DNA of 64,000 nt from Verrucomicrobiota bacterium (GTDB lineage: Bacteria > Verrucomicrobiota > Verrucomicrobiia > Limisphaerales > SIBE01), in the NCBI GenBank assembly GCA_046346765.1, contig JAXMHN010000017.1, forward strand, positions 5,437 to 69,436, in the 5' to 3' direction. The notes below the pieces were generated by a model, which was not told the origin of the DNA, ran no database searches, and was given only the letters and a program-made list of their open reading frames with translations. Below are positions 30,413 through 40,700 of the stretch, piece by piece. The position numbers and the translations under genes were made by a program. Position 1 is the stretch's first letter. Every line of letters begins with the position of its first letter.

Positions 30413-33400
30413 ATGTTGCGCTCGGCCCCTTTCTCCTCCATGCCCGCGCCACTCGCCCTCCTGTTGATTCTGCTCACGGCTGCTGTCCCCGCTCCCGCCG
30501 CGCAGGTGCGGTTCGAGCCAGAGGACCGCCGCTGGGTCCTTTCCAGCGGCGACTTGGAACTGCGGTTCAGGCAGACGGACGCCGGCCTGGCTTTGGAAGA
30601 CGTCGGGCTCAACGCCGAGGCAGTGTGGCCGCGGTTGTCTCTCGGGCTGGCGAATGCCGAGGCGCCCGGGACCATTGTTGGCAAAATAGACGGGCAAGAC
30701 GTGACCGGCCGCGACCTCGCCTGGATCAGCGCCGGCGTTGAAAAACAAGCCGATGGCCGCGATGAGTTGCGGTTGCTCTTCAAGATTGCGCGCTGGCAAA
30801 TAAGCGGCCGGGTCCGTTGCTCGGCTGGGGGGGAGACGGGCGTGTTCACGTTCCAGACAAGCCTGACCAACGAAGGGCCAACGGCGGTGCGCATTCAATC
30901 GTGGCCGTCTTTGGTTTGTCAGTTGCCCGCCGCTTTGTCGCACGTCTCCTATTTGACCGTGGAGCGGGACGGGGCGGCGGAGTTTGCCACCCAGGCGCTC
31001 CCGATGGGGCTTCTGGAATTGGCCGGGCCGCCCTTTCGCCCTTGGCTGGCCCTGGGCGCGGGCGATGGCGGAGGGAGGTTGGTGGCCCAATTGCTGTGGC
31101 CGGAAGAACCCGAGATGCGTTTCCGGCGCGAATACGGAGCCGCAGACCCAGGGTCGACCTGGACGCTGGAATTGGGACGCTACCTTGCGGGGAGGGCTGC
31201 TGAGGTGCTCGAGCCAGGGCAAACGCTGGACTTGCCGGTGGTGGCCTTGACGGCCAGTGGCGGCGACCTGGATGCGGCTGTCCACGCGCTCCATAAGTTC
31301 CAGACGCAGTTCGCGGCCCCGTCCCCCGCGCTTGACCTCGTGCCGATTGCTTTTCGAGGCCCAGCCCTTCTCTCCACCAACATCCCGCCCAACCAGGTGA
31401 AGGCATGGCTGGATTTGGCGGCAGACCTCGGCGCAGATCTTTACCTGCTCGATCGTGGCTGGAATCCCATCCTGGCCAACACCGACCAAGGGACTCCAAT
31501 GCTGGCCGGCGTCCAGCTGTTCGATCGGTACCTGAAAGCAAAAGGGGTTCGCTTGGCAGCTTCTCTCGATTTAACCGGCGGCCCCGGTTTGGCCTTTGCG
31601 CGCCAGATGCATCGCGAATGGATTCGGACGAATCAATCGGGTGGGGAGTTGGTTGATTTCCGGCTTCCCGCGGTGCGCCAGTGGGGGCGCGGCCTAGTGG
31701 ACCGCCTGGTCCAGCGCGGAGGCATCAGCTGGATTCGCTTCGAACCTGGCGGCGATGCCACTGTCGCTGCCGCGGACTTGGAGGAGCTGGGTCGGTGGCC
31801 GGGCTACCTGCGGCAGTGGACCGACTGGCTTGATGACCTCCGCCGTCAGTACCCGCAGGTCACTTTTGAGGACGGACTTTGGAAAGCTTCCAGGGCCTCG
31901 TGGCGCATCGGGACGCGGCGCCAGGCCACTAACACGGCGCAGCCACCATCGGTCCGGCGACCGGCCCAGGTTTATGCGAGCACCTTGGAACTCGCTCCAG
32001 CGCGTCGAACGTGCAGGCTGGATTTGTCTGGGGTGGCTGCCCAGGGTGAGATGCTCGGCGCCTTGGACGGGGCCCTCGGCGCAGCCATGACTGGGCTTCC
32101 CATCATCGAGGCGGAATCCCTGAACCTGCCGACCAACGCGCTCGCCCTGGTCCGCGGCCGCCTGGCGGCGTTTAAGCGCTGGCGGAGCTTGCTTCGCGAA
32201 GGGGATGCTTATCCTTTGTTGCCTCCGGAAGTCGCCGAAGCAACGGGGTGGTGGGCGTTGCAGTTCCTGTCGCGGGACCGCCACCGCAGCGTGGTGCTAG
32301 CGTGTCGATGGGGAGGTTCGGCCTCCCGGCAGGTTTTGCCGTTGCGCCATCTCCTCGACGACGGCGCTTATGAAGTGGTCGCCGATGGGGGAACGCCGCT
32401 GCCGCGGCGGGGCGCCCAGCTGAACGCTTTACCAGTGGTCATCGACTCGCCGCTGGGTTTGAAGGTTTATGAATTGACCTGGGTGAATGCGGAGCCGGTT
32501 CTGCCGATCGATGGCCAGGCCCTCGGGCGGACGTATGAAGGGGTCGGTGCCCTCAGTGCAGGCGGATCCTCCCGCTTGTTGCCTGACTATCCGGAAACTG
32601 CCCGACGCGACATCCTCGATTTGCTTTTCAAACCTCAAGCCGGAGCCAGCTTTCAGCACCTCAAAGTCGAGGTGGGCGGAGATGTCAATTCGACCAGCGG
32701 CAGTGAGCCCAGCCACATGCGCGCCCGGGACGAGAAGAGTTTTGAGCGCGGCTATGAATGGTGGCTGATGAAAGAAGCGAAGCAACGCAATCCCCAGGTT
32801 GCTTTGGATGCCCTGCAATGGGGGGCGCCTGGGTGGATTGGAAATGGCCACTTCTATTCCCAAGACAATGTCGACTATCTGCTTGAGTTCCTGCGCGGAG
32901 CGCGTGCTCGACACGGCCTGACGTTCGATTACCTCGGCATCTGGAACGAAGTCCGCTACGACACCGGCTGGATCAAATTGCTCCGGGCCGGGTTGGACAC
33001 GGCCGGCTTTTCCGGCGTGCGCCTGGTCGCTCCGGACGAAGTGGACCGCTGGTCGATAGCGCCTTTGCTTCGCATGGACGCGGCCTTGGCCAAGTCGGTC
33101 GACGTCCTCGGCGTCCATTATCCCAAATACGTCAGTTCGCCCGAAGCCAAACAGTCCGGCAAGCCTTTGTGGGCAAGCGAAGATGGTCCTTGGCGGAGCG
33201 ATTGGAGCGGCGCGCAGCAGTGGGCGCGGATCCTCAACCGCAACTATATCGAAGGCGAAATGACGAAGACAATCATCTGGAGCCTGGCGGCGGCTTACTA
33301 TGATAACCTGCCGAATCCATCAACCGGTGTGATCAAGGCCAATCAGCCCTGGTCTGGGCATTACGAGATCAAACCAACTTTTTGGGTGACTGCTCATACG

Positions 33401-34753
33401 ACTCAGTTCGCTGAACCGGGCTGGAAGTATGTGCGTTCCGGTTGCGGCTATTTGCCCTGGGGCGGAAGCTTGGTCAGCTTGTGCTCGCCGACGCTGCGGG
33501 AGGTCAGCTTGATTGCCGAGACGATGGATGCGACCCGCAGCCAGACGCTCGCCTTTATGCTCACGGGCGGGCTGGAACGCGATGCGCTCCAGGTCTGGGG
33601 CACGTCCGCAGGTCGGTGGTTTGAGCAGTTGCCCCCGGTGAGAGCGACCAACCAGGTGTTCTCCATGACGCTGGCGCCGGGATCGATCTATTCTTTCACC
33701 AGTGTCCGCGGGCCAACCAAGCCAAGCCCAACCATCCCGCCGCCGGCGCCATTCCCACGCAGCTATAAGGAAGATTTCGAGCGCTATCTCCCGGGAGCCT
33801 TGCCCCGGTTTTTCTCCGAACAGGGCGGGATATTTGAGGTCGCGACTCGGACGAATGGAGGCGGCCAGTGCCTTCGCCAGTCAGCGGTTTCCAAAGGCAT
33901 CGAGTGGGAATCCCACCTCACGCCCGCTCCCGAAACGATCCTGGGCGATGCCAACTGGAGAAACTATCACGTGGGCGTGGATGTGTTGCTGGAAAGCGAG
34001 GGGTTCGTTTCCCTTTTTGGAAGAGTGGGCAAGATTCCCCAAAGCCCGGGGCCGCCTGCAGCTTACTGGCTGAAAGTGAATCAGCGGGGTGATTGGGAAC
34101 TTGGCGTGGAGAAACACCCGATTGCTTCCGGCAAGGTGGGGTTCAGCACCAATCGTTGGCACCATCTCGAACTCTCGTTTCGCGAGACGCAGATCGATGT
34201 CGCCATTGATCACGTCAAGACCGCCTCGGTTCAGGATACCACTTACCTCGGCGGCATGATTGCCCTGGGCAGTGGTTGGAATGGCGCCCAGTTCGACAAC
34301 TTGCAGATCGAGGTGGACCCTTCTGACCTGAATCTCGCTTGGCGCGTCCCCGCCCGCGCGTCTAGTCAAGCCGATGCGGATTCCGGGGCCGCCCAAGCGA
34401 ACGATGGGGATGGCTTTACGACCCGCTGGTCCGCCCAGGAGGGCCGGACGGCAGGCGAATGGCTGGAGGTTGATTTTGGGAGGCCGACGACGTTCAGCCG
34501 GGTTGTGCTCAAACCGTCTTCCCCTTCGATCGGGAGCTATGCCGTGCAATACTGGAATGGGGACAGTTGGCGGGAGGCGATGCGCGGTCAGAACCTCGGC
34601 AATGGCTCGGCCTCGATTGGATTTCCCGCCGTTCGCGGGAGCAAAGCGCGATTCTACGTTACGGAGGCGGCCAGCGCGCCTTCCCTGTGGGAGTTCGAGA
34701 TCTTTCACGACGCGGAGAGAGGCGCTGGCGAAGCTCCCGTCGATAAGGAATAG
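30413..34753 (+). CDS. secreted multidomain glycosidase: ~640-aa unassigned N-terminal region, GH59 (galactocerebrosidase-like) module, F5/8 type C (discoidin) domain
   Basis: Strong similarity to animal GALC as I remember it: SEPSHMRARDEKSFERGYEWWLMKEAKQRNPQ, PWSGHYEIKPTFWVTAHTTQFAEPGWKYV, PFPRSYKEDFE, GWNGAQFDNLQIEV. C-terminal discoidin: ANDGDGFTTRWSA..GEWLEVDFG..LWEFEIF. The start lies 4 nt after the TSUP stop. Confidence 0.85.
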   Translation: MLRSAPFSSMPAPLALLLILLTAAVPAPAAQVRFEPEDRRWVLSSGDLELRFRQTDAGLALEDVGLNAEAVWPRLSLGLANAEAPGTIVGKIDGQDVTGRDLAWISAGVEKQADGRDELRLLFKIARWQISGRVRCSAGGETGVFTFQTSLTNEGPTAVRIQSWPSLVCQLPAALSHVSYLTVERDGAAEFATQALPMGLLELAGPPFRPWLALGAGDGGGRLVAQLLWPEEPEMRFRREYGAADPGSTWTLELGRYLAGRAAEVLEPGQTLDLPVVALTASGGDLDAAVHALHKFQTQFAAPSPALDLVPIAFRGPALLSTNIPPNQVKAWLDLAADLGADLYLLDRGWNPILANTDQGTPMLAGVQLFDRYLKAKGVRLAASLDLTGGPGLAFARQMHREWIRTNQSGGELVDFRLPAVRQWGRGLVDRLVQRGGISWIRFEPGGDATVAAADLEELGRWPGYLRQWTDWLDDLRRQYPQVTFEDGLWKASRASWRIGTRRQATNTAQPPSVRRPAQVYASTLELAPARRTCRLDLSGVAAQGEMLGALDGALGAAMTGLPIIEAESLNLPTNALALVRGRLAAFKRWRSLLREGDAYPLLPPEVAEATGWWALQFLSRDRHRSVVLACRWGGSASRQVLPLRHLLDDGAYEVVADGGTPLPRRGAQLNALPVVIDSPLGLKVYELTWVNAEPVLPIDGQALGRTYEGVGALSAGGSSRLLPDYPETARRDILDLLFKPQAGASFQHLKVEVGGDVNSTSGSEPSHMRARDEKSFERGYEWWLMKEAKQRNPQVALDALQWGAPGWIGNGHFYSQDNVDYLLEFLRGARARHGLTFDYLGIWNEVRYDTGWIKLLRAGLDTAGFSGVRLVAPDEVDRWSIAPLLRMDAALAKSVDVLGVHYPKYVSSPEAKQSGKPLWASEDGPWRSDWSGAQQWARILNRNYIEGEMTKTIIWSLAAAYYDNLPNPSTGVIKANQPWSGHYEIKPTFWVTAHTTQFAEPGWKYVRSGCGYLPWGGSLVSLCSPTLREVSLIAETMDATRSQTLAFMLTGGLERDALQVWGTSAGRWFEQLPPVRATNQVFSMTLAPGSIYSFTSVRGPTKPSPTIPPPAPFPRSYKEDFERYLPGALPRFFSEQGGIFEVATRTNGGGQCLRQSAVSKGIEWESHLTPAPETILGDANWRNYHVGVDVLLESEGFVSLFGRVGKIPQSPGPPAAYWLKVNQRGDWELGVEKHPIASGKVGFSTNRWHHLELSFRETQIDVAIDHVKTASVQDTTYLGGMIALGSGWNGAQFDNLQIEVDPSDLNLAWRVPARASSQADADSGAAQANDGDGFTTRWSAQEGRTAGEWLEVDFGRPTTFSRVVLKPSSPSIGSYAVQYWNGDSWREAMRGQNLGNGSASIGFPAVRGSKARFYVTEAASAPSLWEFEIFHDAERGAGEAPVDKE

Positions 34754-34780
34754 TTTCTGCTTATTCGAAGGTCAACATCG

Positions 34781-37700
34781 ATGCCGAAGTCATTCTTTTC
34801 CCGCCCCCTTTCACAACTGTTGGCGCTCTGCGGGTTGTGCGGTGCCGCCGCCGTCAGCCGAGCGCAGAATGTGGTGATCAACGAAATAATGTATCACCCG
34901 CCCGGGACCAACGTGCTGGAGCAGTGGATCGAACTTTCCAACCGAGGCCCAACGGAAGTGAACCTGGGCGGCTGGCGACTGATGAAGGCAGTCGATTTTG
35001 CCTTCCCCAGCGGGTTGCGTCTCGCGGCAGGCGGGTTTCTGGCCGTCGCCGCCAATTCGGAAGCCTTCACCAATCGGTATCCCGGGGTGGTGAACTTCGT
35101 CGCCGGCTGGGAAGGTACTCTCGATTACGACGGAGAGGAGATCCAATTGCAGGACGCGAAGGGGACGATCATCGACCAGGTTTCCTATTCGTCGGAAGGC
35201 GATTGGGCGGTGCGGCGGTTGAGCGTCCCGGATCGCTTCAAGAAGCAAGGATGGGAGTGGTTCGCAGCCCACAATGGCGAGGGGAGTTCAGCTGAATTGA
35301 TCGAGGCTAATCTGCCCAACGACAATGGCCAGAATTGGGGGGCGAGCGTTGAAGCCGGAGGAACACCTGGACGGGCCAACTCTCTCGCGCGGGACAACGT
35401 CGCGCCGATCCTTGTCGGGCCGACCCATTTCCCGCTCGTGCCGCGGCCCGGAGAATCCGTGACCGTTCGAGCGCGTCTGGTCGATGAGGACCCAAGTGCT
35501 CTCACCGTGACCCTCTTTTGGCGTCTGGATGGCGCCGCGGAGTTTGCGGCTGCCCCGATGCTTGATGATGGCCAGCATGGCGACGGCTTCGGGGGCGACC
35601 GACTCTTCGCCTGTCTTTTGCCGGGGCACGCCGCCAAGACGATCGTGGAATATTATCTCGTCGCCCGGGACAGCCAGGGAAACGAGCGCCGCTTCCCCAA
35701 CGTCGTGCCCTCAGGGACGGATCGGACGGCCAACCTCGTTTATCAGGTCGACGAGGAAGTCTTTGTCGGCCCGCAACCGTTGATCCGGTTGATCCTGACG
35801 CGCGCCGAAATGGACTATTTGAGCAACGAGATTTGGAACGGGTCGCCGACCAGCGACGCACTCGTCAATGGGACGTTTATCAACCTGGATCAGATCCTCG
35901 AAGACGGAAGCACCTCCCAATGCCGGGACCAATGCGGCATCCGGAACCGGGGCAATGGCACCCGCTCGAATGTTCCCCATAATATCCACGTCGCCTTTCC
36001 GAAGGACCAGCCCTGGAAGGGACGGGCGGGGTTGAATTTGAACACCTCTTACGTCGCGTCTCAACACCTCGGCAGCGCCGTCTTTCGTTCCCTGGGCTTG
36101 CCCGTGGCCGAATCGCGCCCGGTTCAAGTGCGGGTCAATGGGATCAATCTGGCCAAACCAGGCCAGGAGCAGTTTGGCTGTTATGCCGCCAATGACCTCG
36201 TCAATGGCGCTTTGGTGCAGCGCCAGTTTCCGCTCGACCATGCCGGGCAGCTCTATCGCGGTATCCGGGATCGCAGCGGTGGGACAAATCTATTCGTTGC
36301 TGATTTGCTCTGGCACGGGCCGGACTACACCATCTACACGAATGTGTATGCGAAGGAAAACAGAGGCTCCCTCAACGATTGGTCCGACCTGATCCAGCTG
36401 CTCGATACGCTCAATCATACGCCGGATGCCGACTATGCCCAGGCGGTCGAGCGGATCGTGAATGTCGAGGAGTGGATGCGATACTTCGCCATCAATACGC
36501 TGATCGCCAATCAGGAGAATGGCCTCTCGAATGGATCCGGCGATGATTTTTCCCTTTACCGGGGCGGACGTGACCGGCGTTTTCTCTTGTTACCCTATGA
36601 TCTGGATTCGCTCCTCGGCCGCGGCACGCGGACGGAGAGTTACCGCGACGGTATTTGGCGCATGGCCAATTTGCCGGTGGTGAATCGGTTCATTCGCCAT
36701 CCTGACTTTGTCCCGCTCTATTTCAAACAGTTGACGGAGTTGGCCGGCACGGCGCTTTCCCCGGACCGGCTTAATCCTCTCATCGATCACCTCCTTTCCG
36801 GGTACGTCGATGGCGCAACGATCGCCAATATGAAAGCGTTCCACTCCAACCAGGTCGCCTATGTCTTGTCCCAGTTTCCTCATGGGTTGACGGTCGGGAG
36901 TGAACTCGTCGTCAGCAATGGCTATCCCCGGACCGGGATTGCTACGGTGGCATTGTCGGGCACGGGCGATCCTGTCCAGACGCGAGGCATCCTGGTCAAC
37001 GGCTCGCCCGCCGCTTGGGTGGCTTGGCGCGGAACCTGGACCAACCTGGTGACTTTGGCTCCGGGGATCAACCGGGTTCTGGTCCAGGCGATCGATCTCA
37101 CCGGTGCGGAAATCGACCGGGCTTATTACGACATTTGGCATGATGACGGCCACACCCAGCTCGCGCCCGCCACCATCAGCGCGGATGCGAGTTGGAAAGC
37201 AGCGGACGGCCCTTATCAGGTGGCGAGTGACCTGTCGATTGCGCCGGGGGCCAGTTTGACGATCGAACCTGGAACCTCAGTCTACTTTGGGGCCGGCGTC
37301 AATCTGACCGTGTCCGACGGGGCGCGGTTGCTGGCCGAGGGGACGGACACGGCGCCGATACTCTTTACCGGGCCGCCCGGCGGCGCCCAGCACTGGGGCC
37401 ATGTCGTCATCCGTGGAGGCGCTGGGTCGCCGGAAACGCGCCTGGCGTATATGCACTTTGCTGACAATGAGAGTTCGAGTTCAACCCCGTGCCTGCAAGT
37501 AACCGGTGGGACGGTCTTCCTGGATCACCTTACCTTTGGCAATCCTGCGGCCCCTTACTTGCACCTGGACGGCGCCTCATTCGTTGTCCAGGACTGTCAT
37601 TTTCCTTCTCCAACGGCGGAATTTGAGCCGGTCCATGGAACGGAAGGGATCAAGGCGGGCGGCCGGGGTCTTTTCCGGCGCAATTTCTTCGGGGCGCCGC

Positions 37701-40700
37701 GGGGGTACAACGACGCCGTCGACTTCACCGGAGGAAGACGGGCCGCGGGCTCCATCGTTCAGTTCATCAACAATGTTTTCGCCGGCACGGGCGATGACGA
37801 ACTGGATCTGGATGGCACCGACGCCTGGGTGCAAGGCAACCTCTTTCTCCATGCCCACCAGAATGGCTCCCCCGACACCTCGAGCGCGATCAGCGGAGGC
37901 AACAACAATGGTGATGCCTCCGCCATCACGATCATCGGCAATTTCTTTTACGACTGCGACCATGCGGTCACCGCCAAGCAAGGGAACTTCTACGCCCTCT
38001 TTCACAACACCATCGTGCACCAAACCCATCAGGGCGGACTCGATGTCGATGGCGCGGTTTTGAATCTGGCGGATGTCGGCACGACCGAAGGAGCCGGGGT
38101 TTATCTCGAAGGCAATCTCATCGATGACGCGGAGAAGTTGGTGCGGAATTGGACCACCGCCACCATCACTCTCTCCAATAACCTGATCACTCTTCCGTGG
38201 ACCGGGGCGGGCGGCGGCAATTTCACCGGGGACCCTTTGTTTCGCTCACGCCCGACGGTGGCTGAGACCTACTTCACCAATTGGCAAACCGCTCAAGTCC
38301 TTCGCCAGTGGTTCAGTCTCCAACCCGGCTCTCCCGCTCTCGGCGGCGATCGGGACGGACCTCAGACCGGGGCGGGAAATCCCTTGGGCGCCTTGATTTC
38401 CGGCGGTCCGGACGCGACCACGGCCGACACTCATGCTGAATGGCTCGTCGGCCCCCATCACACCGGGAACGGCATTTCTCCCGTAGCATTTCCGAACGGC
38501 TCGGGCTTTACCTCCTACCGATGGCGACTGGATCAAAGCGACTGGAGTGCGGTCACCCCCATCAGCAGTCCTGTTCGGTTGGCCGACCTTGGGCCCGGGC
38601 CGCATCAGCTGGCCATTGTCGGCCAAAATGACGCTGGCCTCTTTCAAGATGACGCCGTGCTCGGCTCCGATCAAAGTACCACCGTCTCCCGGACCTGGGT
38701 GGTCGATCCAAACCAAATCACCTCGACGCGCGTAACCGTTCGCATCAATGAAGTCATCCTCGGCAATGCCACGCCGGAGTTGATTGAGCTCTATAATGAC
38801 GGTGCCCAGCCGGTAGATCTGACGGGCATCGGATTGAGCGACTCGGCCGCTGCGCCAAGACGGTTCACTTTTCCATCCGGCACTGTCCTTCCGGCGGGGG
38901 CTATGGTCGTGCTGTCCGCCGATGCCAGCTCCGGCCCGCCTTACTTGCACACCGGCTTTCAGCTTAACCCAACCGGGGCCGATCTTTACTTGACTGATAG
39001 CGCCGCTCGCGGCTCGGCACTGCTGGACGTGGTGCAATTCGGACGCCAAATCGCTGGTTATTCCATCGGACGCCGGGCGGATGGCACTTGGGGACTGTGT
39101 GATCCGACTCCTGGACGAGAGAATATCGCGCAAGTCACCGGCGCCCGAGCCAGCCTGCGGATCAACGAGTGGCTCGCTGACGCGCGGTTCTCCGGCCTCG
39201 ATGACTTTGTCGAACTCTACAACCCAGAGCCGCTTCCAGTCGACCTCGGCCGTCTGTTCCTGTCCGATGCGCCTGGTTCTTTGGACCGGCACGCGATTGC
39301 CCCACTCAGCTTTATCGCGGCGCAAGGATTTGCCGAGTTTGTCGCGGACGGCTCGCCTGCAAACGGCAGAAACCATCTCAGCTTCAAGTTGGCGCCCGAA
39401 ACCGGCTCGATTACCCTTTCAGCGGCCGACCGGACGATCATTGATAGCATCACTTACGACACGCAGCGGACCGATGTCTCGGAGGGCCGTTCGCCCAACG
39501 GTTCAGACAGCTTCGCCGTCTCGACCCAGCCAACGCCTGCGAGTGGAAACCCCGGGGCGAAGGCGCCCGCGCCAAGCACCGAGACCTTGCGCGTGCCGTT
39601 GCATCCGATGGACGGCCCGTGGCGTTACAACCAGCAGCAGAACCTCGACGGCCTGGCTTGGACGGCTCCCAGCTACGACGACTCCGCCTGGCCCGTTGGC
39701 CGCGGCTTGTTAGGGGTCGAGGATTGCAATTGCCTGCCGGCTCCAGACCTTCAAACGCGACTCAGTCTGGGACGAATCACTTACTACTTCCGCACGGCCT
39801 TCGTGGTGGATACGAACCTCGCTGGTTTTGATCTCAATCTCAACATGGTCGTTGATGACGGGGCCATCATTCATCTGAACGGCGCACCCATTCTGACCAA
39901 CGGCGTCAACCGGGCCGCGCCTGCTTACGCGACGGAGGCGTCCCGGAATGTCAGCAATGCCCGGGCAGAGAGCTTTGTTCTTCGGGACATTCCAGTCCTC
40001 ACCGGGACGAACATCCTGGCCGTTGAAGTCCATCAGACCGCCTCCGACAGCAGCGATATCGTCTGGGGCCTGGCGCTCGAAGCTACGCGGACGGTGACCA
40101 ATCTGCCACCACCCGCTCTCCGGCCGGTGGTCCTCAATGAGCTGAGGGCAACTCCATCTGCGGGACCGTCTGGAAATGAGGGCGCTTATATCGAGTTGTT
40201 TAATGGCTCGACCAACCAAGCGACGCTCGCCGAGATGAGCTTGAGCGACGATGCTCGCTTTCCCCGTAAGTGGGTCTTTCCGCCGGATGCCTCGATTCCG
40301 CCTGGCGGATATCGAGTCGTTTACTGTGACCATCGCCAGCCGATTTCCAGCACCAACACCGGTTTGACGCTCCCGTTGAACGGCGCGGTCGTCCTGCTTT
40401 TTGACTCGCCAGCGGCTGGTGGCAGCCTCCTCGACGGGATCCGATATGGACTGCAGCCTCCGCGCTTCTCGATTGGCCGAGTTCCCGATGGGACCGGCGC
40501 TTGGGCCCTGATTCGGTCGTCTCCCGGTGGCACGAATGACGCGGTCAATCTGGCGAACGCCGATGGGCTTCGCATCAATGAGTGGATGGCCGATCCCGTG
40601 GACGGCAGTGACTGGTTTGAGTTGTACAACAGCTCGAGCGAACCGGTGGCTCTGGCAGGCCTGTCTTTGACCGACGACCCTTCTCGTCCCACGGACTCCC

